Positions 10,804 to 20,318 of a DNA stretch of 64,000 nt are shown here, in pieces. Both the position numbers and the translations under genes were made by a program. The notes below the pieces were generated by a model. The model was not told the origin of the DNA and did not search any database. It saw only the letters and a program-made list of their open reading frames with translations. Where the stretch lies: positions 3,104,001 to 3,168,000 of the forward strand of contig OZ219747.1 of assembly GCA_964291265.2 (NCBI GenBank), written 5' to 3'. This DNA is from Alphaproteobacteria bacterium (GTDB lineage Bacteria > Pseudomonadota > Alphaproteobacteria > SP197). The number at the start of each line of letters is the position of its first letter. Position 1 is the stretch's first letter.

Positions 10804-13382
10804 ATGACGCGAGCGCCTCACGCGCGCGAACCCCAGAATTTCGTACCCCCCCCCCCTCAAGAGTCCGGGCGCGGGGCTGAGCCGGTGGGCGCCCTCGGGA
10901 GAACCGTCCGCCGCCTGAGCGCGGAACTCGCTGCCCTCTTCCTCATCACGCTGGCCGCCGCCCTCGCGCCCCAGGACGCACAGGCGCAGGAGAAGCCGGC
11001 GCTCACGGCAACCGCGGGTGTCGGCAGTGTCACACTCACCTGGACTCGTACCGGCAACACTGGATTTGGATATTGGGTCTACCGACAGGGGGTCACCGGA
11101 GGAGGTTACGGCGACTGGATCGATATACCGGGCGGCGCCACCATCAGAGCCCACACGGTCACAGGGTTGACCGCCGGCACCTCCTATACCTTCCAGGTGG
11201 CAAGGGCAGAAGGTACCGGTCTCAACTTTTCCGTCTTCGCTAGTGGGGGAGGGTACTCGAACGGGGCGTCAGCTACGCCGACGGCGGCCACGACCACGAC
11301 GCCCGCCGCCCCGACGAACCTGACGGCGACGGGGGCCGGCACCACACAGGTGTTGCTGACGTGGACCAAGCCGGCCGGCACGATCACCGGCTACAAGCTG
11401 CGCTACGCCAAGACACCGGCAAAGGGCAGCGCCACCTGGGCCGCCATGGCGGGTTCGGGCGCGAACACCGTGAGGCATATGGTAACGGGGCTGGAAGACG
11501 ACGCCGAATACAGTTTCATGATCCGCGCCGTGAACGCCTCCGGCGACGGCGCCGCCACGGACTGGGTGACGGCGACGCCTGCGGACAGCTGCCCTTCCGT
11601 GCTCAGCCCGACGAACCTGAGTCTCGCGCCGCGTTCGGACGGGTTTGTCGTCACCTGGACGGCGCCGACCGATGTCTTCCGCAACGGCTGGACGTTGTCT
11701 TACGGCAAGACCGGGGAAAGTTCGACCTCTGTCACCATCTCGAATGCCGCCGCGACCAGCCGCACGCTGACCGGTCTGGACGCCAACACCGAATATGAGA
11801 TCAGTCTTACAGCGACCCATTCTACTTATAATCCTTCTGCGGTCTGTCCTCCAGGCTTCCGTGTAAAAGCCACCGGCACTACCGGCGCCACCGTCGCCAA
11901 ACCCGCGGCGCCGACGGGGTTGTCGGCGGAGGCGGGCAACGGTCAGGTGGAACTGACCTGGACCGACCCGGACGACGATTCGATCACGAGGTATCAGGTG
12001 CGCCAGAAGAAGGGCGGCGCCGCCTGGGGCAGTTGGACCGCGATTCCCGATTCGGACGCCGACACCACGACCCACACGGTGACGGGTCTGACGAACGACA
12101 GCGAGTACCGCTTCCGCATCCGGGCGCGGAACAGCGGCGGCAACGGCGCCGCGTCGGCGGTGGTGGAGGCGACGCCGTCGGCGTCGGCGGCGGTTCCCAA
12201 GCCGGTGCTGAGCGCCGAAGCGGGTTACGCCAGGGTCACCCTGAGCTGGAGCGCGCTGTCGGGTGTGACGGTAGCGAGCTGGGGCTATCAGTACAAGCCC
12301 GCGGGCGGCAGCTGGATCAGGACCCGGACGGTCACGGGCGCCAGCACGACGAGCACCACGGTGACGGGACTGACGATCGGCACGGAATACACGTTCCGGC
12401 TGTTTGCGGCAGTCAGTCCCGGGGTGCAGTCGGTGTGGTCGGACCAGGTGAAGGCGACGCCGACGAATACGGTTCCCAAGCCGGTTCTGACGGCGGCGGG
12501 GGGCGATGCCTCGGTCACCCTGAGCTGGAACGCCTTGACGGGCATTCCGATCACGAGCTGGGGCTATCAGTACAAGAGCACGGCCGGCTGGAACACGACC
12601 ACGACGCTCACGGGCGCAAGCAGGACGAGCGTCCGGGTGACGGGGCTGACGAAGGGCACGGACTACACGTTCCGCCTGTTCGCGGCGGTCAGTCCCGGTG
12701 TGCAGTCGGTGTGGTCGGATCAGGTGACGGCGAAGACCGATCCGGCGGCCCCGGTGCTGACGGCGGCGACTTCGACGACGAACGGGCGGATCGACCTGAC
12801 CTGGACCCATGCCGGCGGCTCGAACGAGTTGTCGGATGCGGACGACTATGTGAAAGACGCGGCCAAGTTCCATTGGTGGAGAGCGCAGACCCGGCTGAAG
12901 GGTGAGACCGTCTGGACGGATAGCGGTCTCAACCAGGCGAGTGCCAGACAGCAACCGGGTTCTCGCAACAATCGGCTTCTGCTGAACTATCCCGACGGGG
13001 CATCGGTCGAGGTCCGGGTTCGGGCAACGGGCTATCGCATGGCGGGTGTGGCCGGGGGAACGGGGAACCTTCAGGGTCCCTGGTCGAACGTCCGTACGGT
13101 GACCTTCAAGGACGACGACACGGCGGCTCTCACGCTGACCGGGACGCCGGTGACGGTGGCGCCCGGTTCCACGGCGACCTACACGGTGGCCTTGACGAAG
13201 GCCTATGCGGGGACGCTGCGGGTGACGAGCGACGACACGGCGGCGGCGCGGGTCAGTCCGGCGAGCCTGACCTTTACCACCAGCAACTACAGCACGGCGC
13301 GGACGGTGACGGTGACCGGGGTGGCGAACGGCACGGCGGTGATCAACCACGCCTTCCGGCTGACGGGAGCTTCTGCGGATGC
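10804..13382 (+). CDS. Exon 1 of a large fibronectin type III repeat autotransporter/adhesin, join(10804..13382,15159..17931), ~1783 aa after splicing
   Basis: GGAGG RBS before the ATG at 10804; hydrophobic signal segment ending AQA; several Fn3 modules (LTW...Y...VTGL...Y.F.VRA). The frame continues into exon 2 once the introns are removed. Confidence 0.85.
10846..10856 (+). repeat. Poly-C(11) homopolymer in the 5' coding region of the adhesin
   Basis: gtaCCCCCCCCCCCtcaa, read directly from the sequence. Confidence 0.9.
12193..12732 (+). repeat. Tandem duplication of an Fn3 module (~12193-12459 and ~12472-12732)
   Basis: Both copies read VPKPVL...VTLSW.AL.G....SWGYQYK...VTGLT.GT.YTFRLFAAVSPGVQSVWSDQV, with long identical DNA stretches. 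Confidence 0.9.
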
Positions 13383-15158
13383 GTGCAGCGAGTCTAGCTG
13401 CTGTACTTGCGGGTGAAAGTCCCGCCGGCGCAATTGTCAGTTTGGCGCCGTAGCATATCCCACTGGTTTAGGGGCGACCTTGGACCAGCGAGCTGGGACG
13501 TAGAAAGCCGTTGTGGGCTGGCTGGGACACAGTGCCCAGCCGGTTCGGTCAGCCAGGGCGGCGAGCAAACCGGAGGGCCGTAGCGAAAGCGAACGATTGG
13601 ATGAAGCCACGAAATGATGCTCCCACACGAAGCTGATTTGTGGGGTGGTCGGGAATGCCAAGGGCGTGGATCCGGCCCGATGGCCAGAGTCGATGCGGAA
13701 GAACTGATGAGCACGCATCGGGTTCCCCGGGGTACAGACGGCGGCAATCCGGGACAGTACAGCAGTGAAAGGCCGGAAGGTGAGGAGGACAGACAGGATG
13801 AAGTGACCCTTGAATGTCAAGGACCGCGTCTATAACCAGGATTGGGAAAGGACGCGGAGTCCTCCTGACTGGCGGATGAGGTCGAGTAAGCGTTGACGGG
13901 CGGGACAACACAACCCGTCCCGAGCGAGGACCTCAGGGCTCAGGTGGCCTATGCGGCAGGTCAAGTCGGTACTCAGAGACCGGCACCGACCGACAGACTG
14001 CAAGGTCGAAGGACGGAGCAAACGCTCGGAGATGCCGTGGGTATGGTTGGGTCAGCCTTGACCATGGCGTGTGCGGCGGAAGGCTCCGCACCGAACTCCA
14101 AGTGGGTGCCTGATGCTTGAAGCCGTACCCGGGAAAACCGGACGTACGGAATTTTAGGGGGGCGTGCAGCGAGTCTAGCTGCTGTACTTGCGGGTGAAAG
14201 TCCCGCCGGCGCAATTCCCAGTTTGGCGCCGTAGCATATCCCACTGGTACAGGGGTGACCCTGGGCCAGCGAGCTGGGATGTAGAAGCCGCTGTGGGCTG
14301 GCTGGAACGCAGTGTCCAGTTGGTCTGGTCAGCCAGGGCGGCGAGCGAACCGGAGGGCCGTAGCGAAAGCGAACGATTGTACGAAGCCTCGAAAATGAAA
14401 TTTCCCACATGAAGCTGACTTGTGGGGTGTTGGGAACGCCAAGGGCCTGCCCCCAGCTTGGTGGCCAGAGTCGATGCGGAAGAACTGGGGAGCACGCATC
14501 GGGTTCCCCGTGGTAGAGACGACGGCAATCCGGGACAGTACAGCAGTGAAAGGCCGGAAGGTGAGGAGGACAGACAGGATGAAGTGACCCTTGAATGTCA
14601 AGGACCGCGTCTATAACCAGGACTGGGAAAGGACGCGGAGTCCTCCTGACTGGCGGATGAGGTCGAGTAAGCGTTGACGGGCGGGACAACACAACCCGTC
14701 CTGAGCGAGGACCTCAGGGCTCAGGTGGCTTATGCGGCAGGTCAAGTCGGTACTCAGAGACCGGCACCGACCGACAGACTGCAAGGTCGAAGGACGGAGC
14801 AAACGCTCGGAGATGCCGTGGGTATGGTCGGGTCAGCCTTGACCATGGCGTGTTCGGCGGAAGGCTCCGCACCGAACTCCAAGTGGGTGCCTGATGCTTG
14901 AAGCCGTACCCGGGAAAACCGGACGTACGGAATTTTAGGGAGGCTGCTGGAAACGTGGTCTATGGTAGTTCTGCGACCCCGCCCGCAATCGAAAGAGCGG
15001 TGCCGGACAAAGCCTCTGCCTACGGATGCGCGCGCCAGCGGCCTACCCGACTGCTGGAAACGTGGTCTATGGGAGAACTGCGACCCCGCCCGCAATCGAA
15101 AGAGCGGTGACGGACAAAGCCTCTGCCTACGGATGCGCGCGCCAGTGGCCTACCCGAC
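13383..15158 (+). mobile_element. Outer ORF-less group II intron (13383-14163 + 15052-15158, 888 nt), interrupted by a nested copy
   Basis: 5' end GTGCAG (variant of GUGYG). Domain V-like GAAGCCGTACCCGGGAAAACCGGACGTACGGAATTT at 14119-14154, with AGC triad and AC bulge. Domain VI has a bulged A and ends CCTACCCGAC. Excision joins GC|G ATT CCC in frame. No RT ORF. Confidence 0.9.
14164..15051 (+). mobile_element. Inner ORF-less group II intron (888 nt) inserted in domain VI of the outer intron
   Basis: Same GTGCAG start, domain V at 14900-14935, intact domain VI GGGAGGCTGCTGG...CCAGCGGCCT-A-CCCGAC. Its removal rebuilds the outer domain VI (GGGGGGC|TGCTGG). Confidence 0.9.
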
Positions 15159-17931
15159 GATTCCCGACGCGGGCACGGTGGACGTGACGGTGGCCGATAC
15201 GCCGGGGGTGACGGTGTCGACGGCGGCGCTGACGGTGGCGGAAGGCGGCAGCAGGACGTACACGATGCGGCTGAACACGCCGCCGTCATCGGATGTGACG
15301 ATCACGGTGGCGGGCGCGTCGGGGGACGTGACGGTGACGGGCGCGTCGCTGACCTTCACCCGGACCAACTGGAACCAGCCGCAGACGGTGACGGTGAACG
15401 CAGGCACGGACACGGACACGGCGGTGGACCCCGCCGTGACGCTGACCCACAGCGCCTCTGGCGGCGGCTACGGCTCGGTGACCATCGCCTCTGTGGTGGT
15501 GAGCGTGGCGGAGAAGGATGTGGCGCCCGGGAAACCGACAGGCCTTGCCGGCGCGGCGGGCAACGGTTCGGTGACGCTGAGCTGGACCGCCCCGGACAAT
15601 CCGACCATCACCAAGTGGCAGGTGCGGCGGAAGGCCGGCAGCGACGACTGGGGCGCGTGGGAGGACATTCCCGGCTCCGCTGCGGGCACCACCAGCTACG
15701 AGGTGAGCGGTCTGACGAACGGCACTGCCTACCAGTTCGAGGTGCGCGCGGTGAACGGGGCCGGCAACGGCGCCGGTCCGGATGCGCCGGTGACGGCGAC
15801 GCCGGCGGCGCCGGTGGCGCCCGGCGGAGGCGGCGGTGGCGGTGGCGGTGGCGGAGGCGGCACGACGCCCACCGCAGACGCAAGCGTGACGGTGACACCG
15901 ACCGCGCTGACGGTGGCGGAGGGGAGCAGTGCCGTCTACACGGTGGTGCTGGACACGGAACCCTCGGGCGAGGTCACGGTGACGGTGGGCGGCGCTTCGG
16001 GCGAGGTGACGGTGGAACCGGCGAGCCTGACCTTCACCACGGCCAACTGGGACACGGCGCAACGGGTGACGGTGCGCGCGGCCCGTGACGAGGACACGAC
16101 CGACGACACGGCGACGCTGACCCATGGTGCGAGCGGCGGGGGCTACGCTTCGGTGACCATCGATTCGGTGGCGGTGACGGTGACGGACACAACGCTCCTG
16201 CCGGTGCTGACCCTGGCGCAGGATCCGGCGGCGGTGACCGAGGGCGAGGCCATCCGCCTCGTGGTGAGCGCCGACCGGGCGCTGACGGGCAGCCTGAGGG
16301 TGAGCCTGACCCTGGCGTCCCGGGACGGCGGCGGCTTCGATGCCGGGGACGTTCCAGGCGGCCTGGGTCCGCGTTCGTTCGATGCGGTGTTCGGCGCCGC
16401 GGGGCGGCGAACGGGCGTGGTGACGATCCCGACGGCGGCCGATGCGGATGCGGAAGGCGCGGAAGCCTACCGCATCACGCTGAACGATGCGGCGGACTAC
16501 GTGGTGGGGAACGACGCCACGGCGCTTGGCGTTCTGCGCGACCGGGCGGCGGGGGCCATGGCAAGGTCGAACCGGGTGAATGCGGCGGTGCTGCCGCACG
16601 TGGCGGCGGCGGCGATGTCGCAGACCCTGGGGGCGGTGACGGGTCGCATCGAGGCGGTGGCCTCCGGCGAGGGGGGCGGCACGGTGCAGTTCGGCGCCCT
16701 GCCGTCACCGGTGGAGGACGCGTGGGCGTCGCCGCACCCGGAGGAGCCCGGCCCGAGCATGGCGGAGGTGCTGGACGGCGCCTCCTTCACCCTGGCGGCG
16801 GGCGCCGAGGGCGAGGCCTCCGCGCCGCCGCTGGCCGTGTGGGGCCGGGGCGAGTGGCTGTCGCTGTCGGGTTCGCAAGGCGGCGTGTCGTGGGACGGCG
16901 GCCTGTGGTCGGCGCAGCTGGGGGCGGACGTGCGCCTGCGCCCCGACCTTCTGGCCGGGGCGGCGCTCTCCCATGTGCGGGGCGAGCTGGACACGCAGAC
17001 GGACCAGGTGAAGGGCGTCCACGAGACCACGATCACGTCGGTGCATCCCTATGCGGCGTGGTTGCTGGCGGACGGCTCGACCCTGTGGGCGAGCCTCGGC
17101 TACGGGACCGGCGAGGTGCGGATTGCCGAGGAGGGGGCGCCGGTGATGAGCACGGACCTGGCGCAGTGGAGCGCGGCGGCGGGCGCCCGCAGCGTCCTCA
17201 TCGAGCATGCGGACCTCATCGAGGGCGGCATGACGCGCCTTGCGGTCAAGGGCGAGGGCGCGCTGGCGCGCCTGCGCACGGGGTCCGATGACGGCCTGGC
17301 GGGGCTGACGGCGAGGACGACCCGCCTGCGGCTGCTGCTGGAGGGGTCGCACGAGCACGCGCTGGCAAGCGGTGCGACGCTGACCCCGGCCCTGGAGGCG
17401 GGGGTGCGCCATGACGCGGGCGACGCCGCCGAGGGGGCGGGCCTCGAGGCCGGGGCGAGCGTGACATGGCGGGACCCGGCGGAGGGTCTGACGGCGGAGC
17501 TGCGCACGCGGCTCCTGGCGGCCCACGAGGCGGACCGTGACGAGTGGGGTGTGAGCGCCCTGGTGCGCCTCGACCCCGGGGCCGACGGGCTTGGAACCTT
17601 CCTTGCCTTCGGTCCCGCGCACGGGCGCACCGAGAGTGATCTGGGAGAACTGTTCGACCACGGCCTGCCCGCGGCGGCATCGGGTACGACATCGGCAGAG
17701 GGCCGCCTGGAGGCCGAGGTGGGCCACGGCTTCGGCCTTGCCGGTCCGGGGCCTCTCGCGGTGCTCACCCCCTGGGCGGGCTTGAGCCTGGCGGAGACCG
17801 GCGGGCGCACCCTGCGGCTCGGCACCCGCTACCGCCTCGGCGCGGGGCTCTCCCTCGGCCTCGAGGGCGCGCACCGGCCGGGGCCGGTCAGCGAAGACAG
17901 CCTCATGCTGCGCGGCGCCCTCAACTGGTAG
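15159..17931 (+). CDS. Exon 2 of the Fn3 autotransporter: Thr/Val-rich Ig-like repeats, Fn3, Gly13 linker, Calx-beta-like domain, C-terminal autotransporter beta-barrel
   Basis: ASLTFT..NW...QTVTV repeats, PGKPTGL Fn3 module, IPTAADADAEGAEAYRITL, amphipathic beta-strands ending LMLRGALNW (terminal aromatic residue). Confidence 0.88.
15823..15861 (+). repeat. GGN microsatellite encoding a 13-Gly linker
   Basis: ggcggaggcggcggtggcggtggcggtggcggaggcggc. Confidence 0.9.
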
Positions 17932-18267
17932 GAGAGGCGGAGCCGAGCACCTTCCCGGCGGCACGGCGCCCGTCGGATACCGCCGCGTCACGGCATCCGA
18001 GCCCCGTCTGGCGCGCATCGAGGCGTTCAGCACGTCAGGGGACGGCAGTGTGATCGCCACAAGGATTCTGGAGAGTTGCGACCCGTATCTCGCGGTACGC
18101 AGGCGCCGACCGCCCGGCTCCAGCCAACCGGAACATGCGCACGCACATCCGGTTCCCGGAAGCGGGCGAGAGAAGACGCTTGACCCGAACGCCTTCCGGA
18201 CAGAGGATCAATGATCAGCAGGAGTGAGCAGTTGCGAACTCTGTAAAGTATCGGGAGAAGGAGTACC

Positions 18268-19362
18268 ATGAACAGACGCAAGTTTCTGGCTGGCACCGGT
18301 ATCGCCGCGGCAGGCGCTGCGGGCACGGTGGCCACGGCCTTTCCGACACCGGCGATTTCACAGGGGCGCAAGACCCTGACCATGGTGACGTCGTGGGGAC
18401 GCGGCCTCGCCGGCGTCCACGACGTCGCGCAGCGCTGTGCGGACAACATCACCTCGATGTCCGACGGCATGATCGACATCGATTTCAAGGCAGCAGGCGA
18501 GCTCGTCGGCGCTTTCGAGAGCTTCGATGCGGTGTCGTCCGGGCAGGCTGACATCTACCATGCCGCCGACTACTACTTCGTCGGTCAACATCCGGCCTTC
18601 GCCTTCTTCACGTCGGTTCCCTTCGGCATGACGGCCGAGGAACTGAACACCTGGTATTACCACATGGGTGGCCGGGAACTGCAGGACGAGCTCACGTCGA
18701 TCTTCAACCTGAAGACATTCCTTGCCGGCAACACAGGGGCTCAGGCCGGCGGCTGGTTTCACAAGGAAATCAACGGGCCCGATGACTTCGAGGGCCTGCG
18801 GCTCCGCATGCCCGGCCTTGGCGGCAAGGTGCTCGGTGAACTCGGCGCCTCCGTTCAGAACATCCCCGGGGCCGAGGTCTACAATGCGCTCTCCAAGGGC
18901 GAAATCGACGGCACCGAGTGGATCGGTCCATGGGCCGACGAGAAGGCGGGGTTCTTCGAGATCACGAAGATCTACTATACCTCCGGCTTCCATGAGCCGG
19001 GCGCGGGCCTGTCGCTTGCCGTCAACCGGGAGACCTTCGACGGGCTTTCGGTTTCCGAGCAGAAGATCATCGAATGTGCGGCGGGCGAGGCCAACGTCTG
19101 GAATCTCTCGCAGTACCTCGCCAACAACTCGGCCGCTCTCCAGAGGCTGGTCGCTTCCGGTGTCCAGACCTTTGCTTTCCCCGACAGTGTCTGGGAAGCC
19201 TTCGGTGCGGCCTCCGACAAGGTCTACGCGGAGAACATGGGAGATCCGCTGTTCAAGACGATCTACGAGTCCTATCGCGATTCACTCGTCAAGTCGGCCC
19301 ACTGGATTGCGCTGTCGTCCGGCACCTACACGGAGCAGCGCAACCGCGTCATGGGTATCTGA
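18268..19362 (+). CDS. dctP: TRAP transporter substrate-binding protein (TakP/SmoM-like), Tat signal
   Basis: MNRRKFL Tat motif, GNTGAQAGGWF, LRLRMPGLGG, EWIGPWAD, YYTSGFHEPG. Confidence 0.92.
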   Translation: MNRRKFLAGTGIAAAGAAGTVATAFPTPAISQGRKTLTMVTSWGRGLAGVHDVAQRCADNITSMSDGMIDIDFKAAGELVGAFESFDAVSSGQADIYHAADYYFVGQHPAFAFFTSVPFGMTAEELNTWYYHMGGRELQDELTSIFNLKTFLAGNTGAQAGGWFHKEINGPDDFEGLRLRMPGLGGKVLGELGASVQNIPGAEVYNALSKGEIDGTEWIGPWADEKAGFFEITKIYYTSGFHEPGAGLSLAVNRETFDGLSVSEQKIIECAAGEANVWNLSQYLANNSAALQRLVASGVQTFAFPDSVWEAFGAASDKVYAENMGDPLFKTIYESYRDSLVKSAHWIALSSGTYTEQRNRVMGI

Positions 19363-19368
19363 ACTCTG

Positions 19369-19401
19369 CGGCGCCCGCATCGTGACGCGATGCGGGCGCC
19401 G
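19369..19401. other. Perfect 14-bp hairpin between dctP and dctQ (probable mRNA stability or attenuation element)
   Basis: CGGCGCCCGCATCG-tgacg-CGATGCGGGCGCCG, with no U-tract. Confidence 0.7.
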
Positions 19402-19418
19402 GTCCCTGTGCGCGACAC

Positions 19419-20318
19419 ATGCCGGATGTCATCCTCTGGCCCCTGCGACAACTTCTCGACGGGCTCGCGAATCTCCTTGATCTGCTGATCGAACCCGGGG
19501 TGTGGCCCGATCCTTCCGACAGCGAGGGCCTGGTCAGGATCGTCTACTTCGGCGCCTCGCTCGAGTTCCTCTTCGTCATCATCGATCTTGCTCTCGTCAT
19601 TCTCGTGATCGGTGTCCTCAAACCGGGTTTCCTGTGGCTCGTGGTGCGCGGCATCGAGGGTCTTTCCAATCTCGTCGGCCGCATGGCCGCGTGGGCGGTT
19701 CTCGTCATGGTCATCCAGCAGATCATGATCGTCGCCCTGCAGCGCGTCTTTCTCGTTTCGGACATCACCGTGGGTCCCTTCGGTATCGTGTTCACCAGGG
19801 ATCTCAGCTGGTTCAGCGAGGAACTCAAGCTCTACAACGCCGCGATCGTGACCCTGTGCGCGGCCTACACGTTCGTCCAGGGCGGTCATGTGCGGGTCGA
19901 TCTTGTCTATGCGTCGGTGTCCTTCCGCACGAAACGGCTGCTGGACATGTTTGGTTCGGTCTTCTTCGTGATGCCGTTCTGTGGTGTGGTGTGGCTGTTC
20001 GGCTGGTTCTTCCTGTGGCGTCACCTCGTCACGCCGAAGGTGTCGGCGCTCGATACCCTCGAACTCCTGGAACGCAAGGCGCAACTGCTCCGCTGGAATG
20101 TCGAGACCATCGGGTTCTCGCCGAACGGCTTCGACGCCTACTTCCTCTTCAAGGTTCTGCTGGTTTCCTTTGCCGGACTGATGTTCCTCCAGGGACTGGG
20201 GCACTTCTACCGCAGCCTGCTGGAGTTGAGGGAAGGTGAGGCGTCGGCCAACCGCTACAAGGATCTGGACAAGCTGCCTGACCTCGCGCCGGCCGAAAGC
20301 ACGGGTGCAGGTGCGTGA
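19419..20318 (+). CDS. dctQ: TRAP transporter small permease with N-terminal extension
   Basis: AYTFVQGGHVRVDL motif, several TM helices, operon position. Confidence 0.88.
   Translation: MPDVILWPLRQLLDGLANLLDLLIEPGVWPDPSDSEGLVRIVYFGASLEFLFVIIDLALVILVIGVLKPGFLWLVVRGIEGLSNLVGRMAAWAVLVMVIQQIMIVALQRVFLVSDITVGPFGIVFTRDLSWFSEELKLYNAAIVTLCAAYTFVQGGHVRVDLVYASVSFRTKRLLDMFGSVFFVMPFCGVVWLFGWFFLWRHLVTPKVSALDTLELLERKAQLLRWNVETIGFSPNGFDAYFLFKVLLVSFAGLMFLQGLGHFYRSLLELREGEASANRYKDLDKLPDLAPAESTGAGA

Noticed and set aside
12193-12732. Diversity-generating retroelement template/variable repeat pair
   Set aside because: Both copies are in-frame Fn3 modules, the differences are not confined to adenines, and no RT is nearby.
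11269-13350. Long antisense ORFs (also 15286-16599, 16705-18060, 23767-25479, 26433-28253, 32715-34343, 53942-55519)
   Set aside because: These are shadow frames of high-GC genes that have clear motifs on the opposite strand; they show no family motifs of their own.
13383-15158. Simple tandem duplication or assembly artefact
   Set aside because: The order is A-A'-B'-B (nested), not AB-AB; the copies differ at sites that match their separate targets; and excision restores the host frame exactly. Long reads are still needed for proof.
14945-15158. 107-bp tandem repeat as a CRISPR array or minisatellite
   Set aside because: There are only two units, no spacers and no cas genes; the units are the two domain VI segments.
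13394-15289. Short ORFs in the intron region as an intron-encoded protein or small genes
   Set aside because: None shows RT, maturase or HNH motifs; they are duplicated only because the RNA is duplicated.
14962-17931. 989-aa ORF as an independent gene
   Set aside because: Its first ~66 codons are intron domain VI sequence and it has no signal peptide; it is better explained as exon 2. Low-level internal initiation is not excluded.
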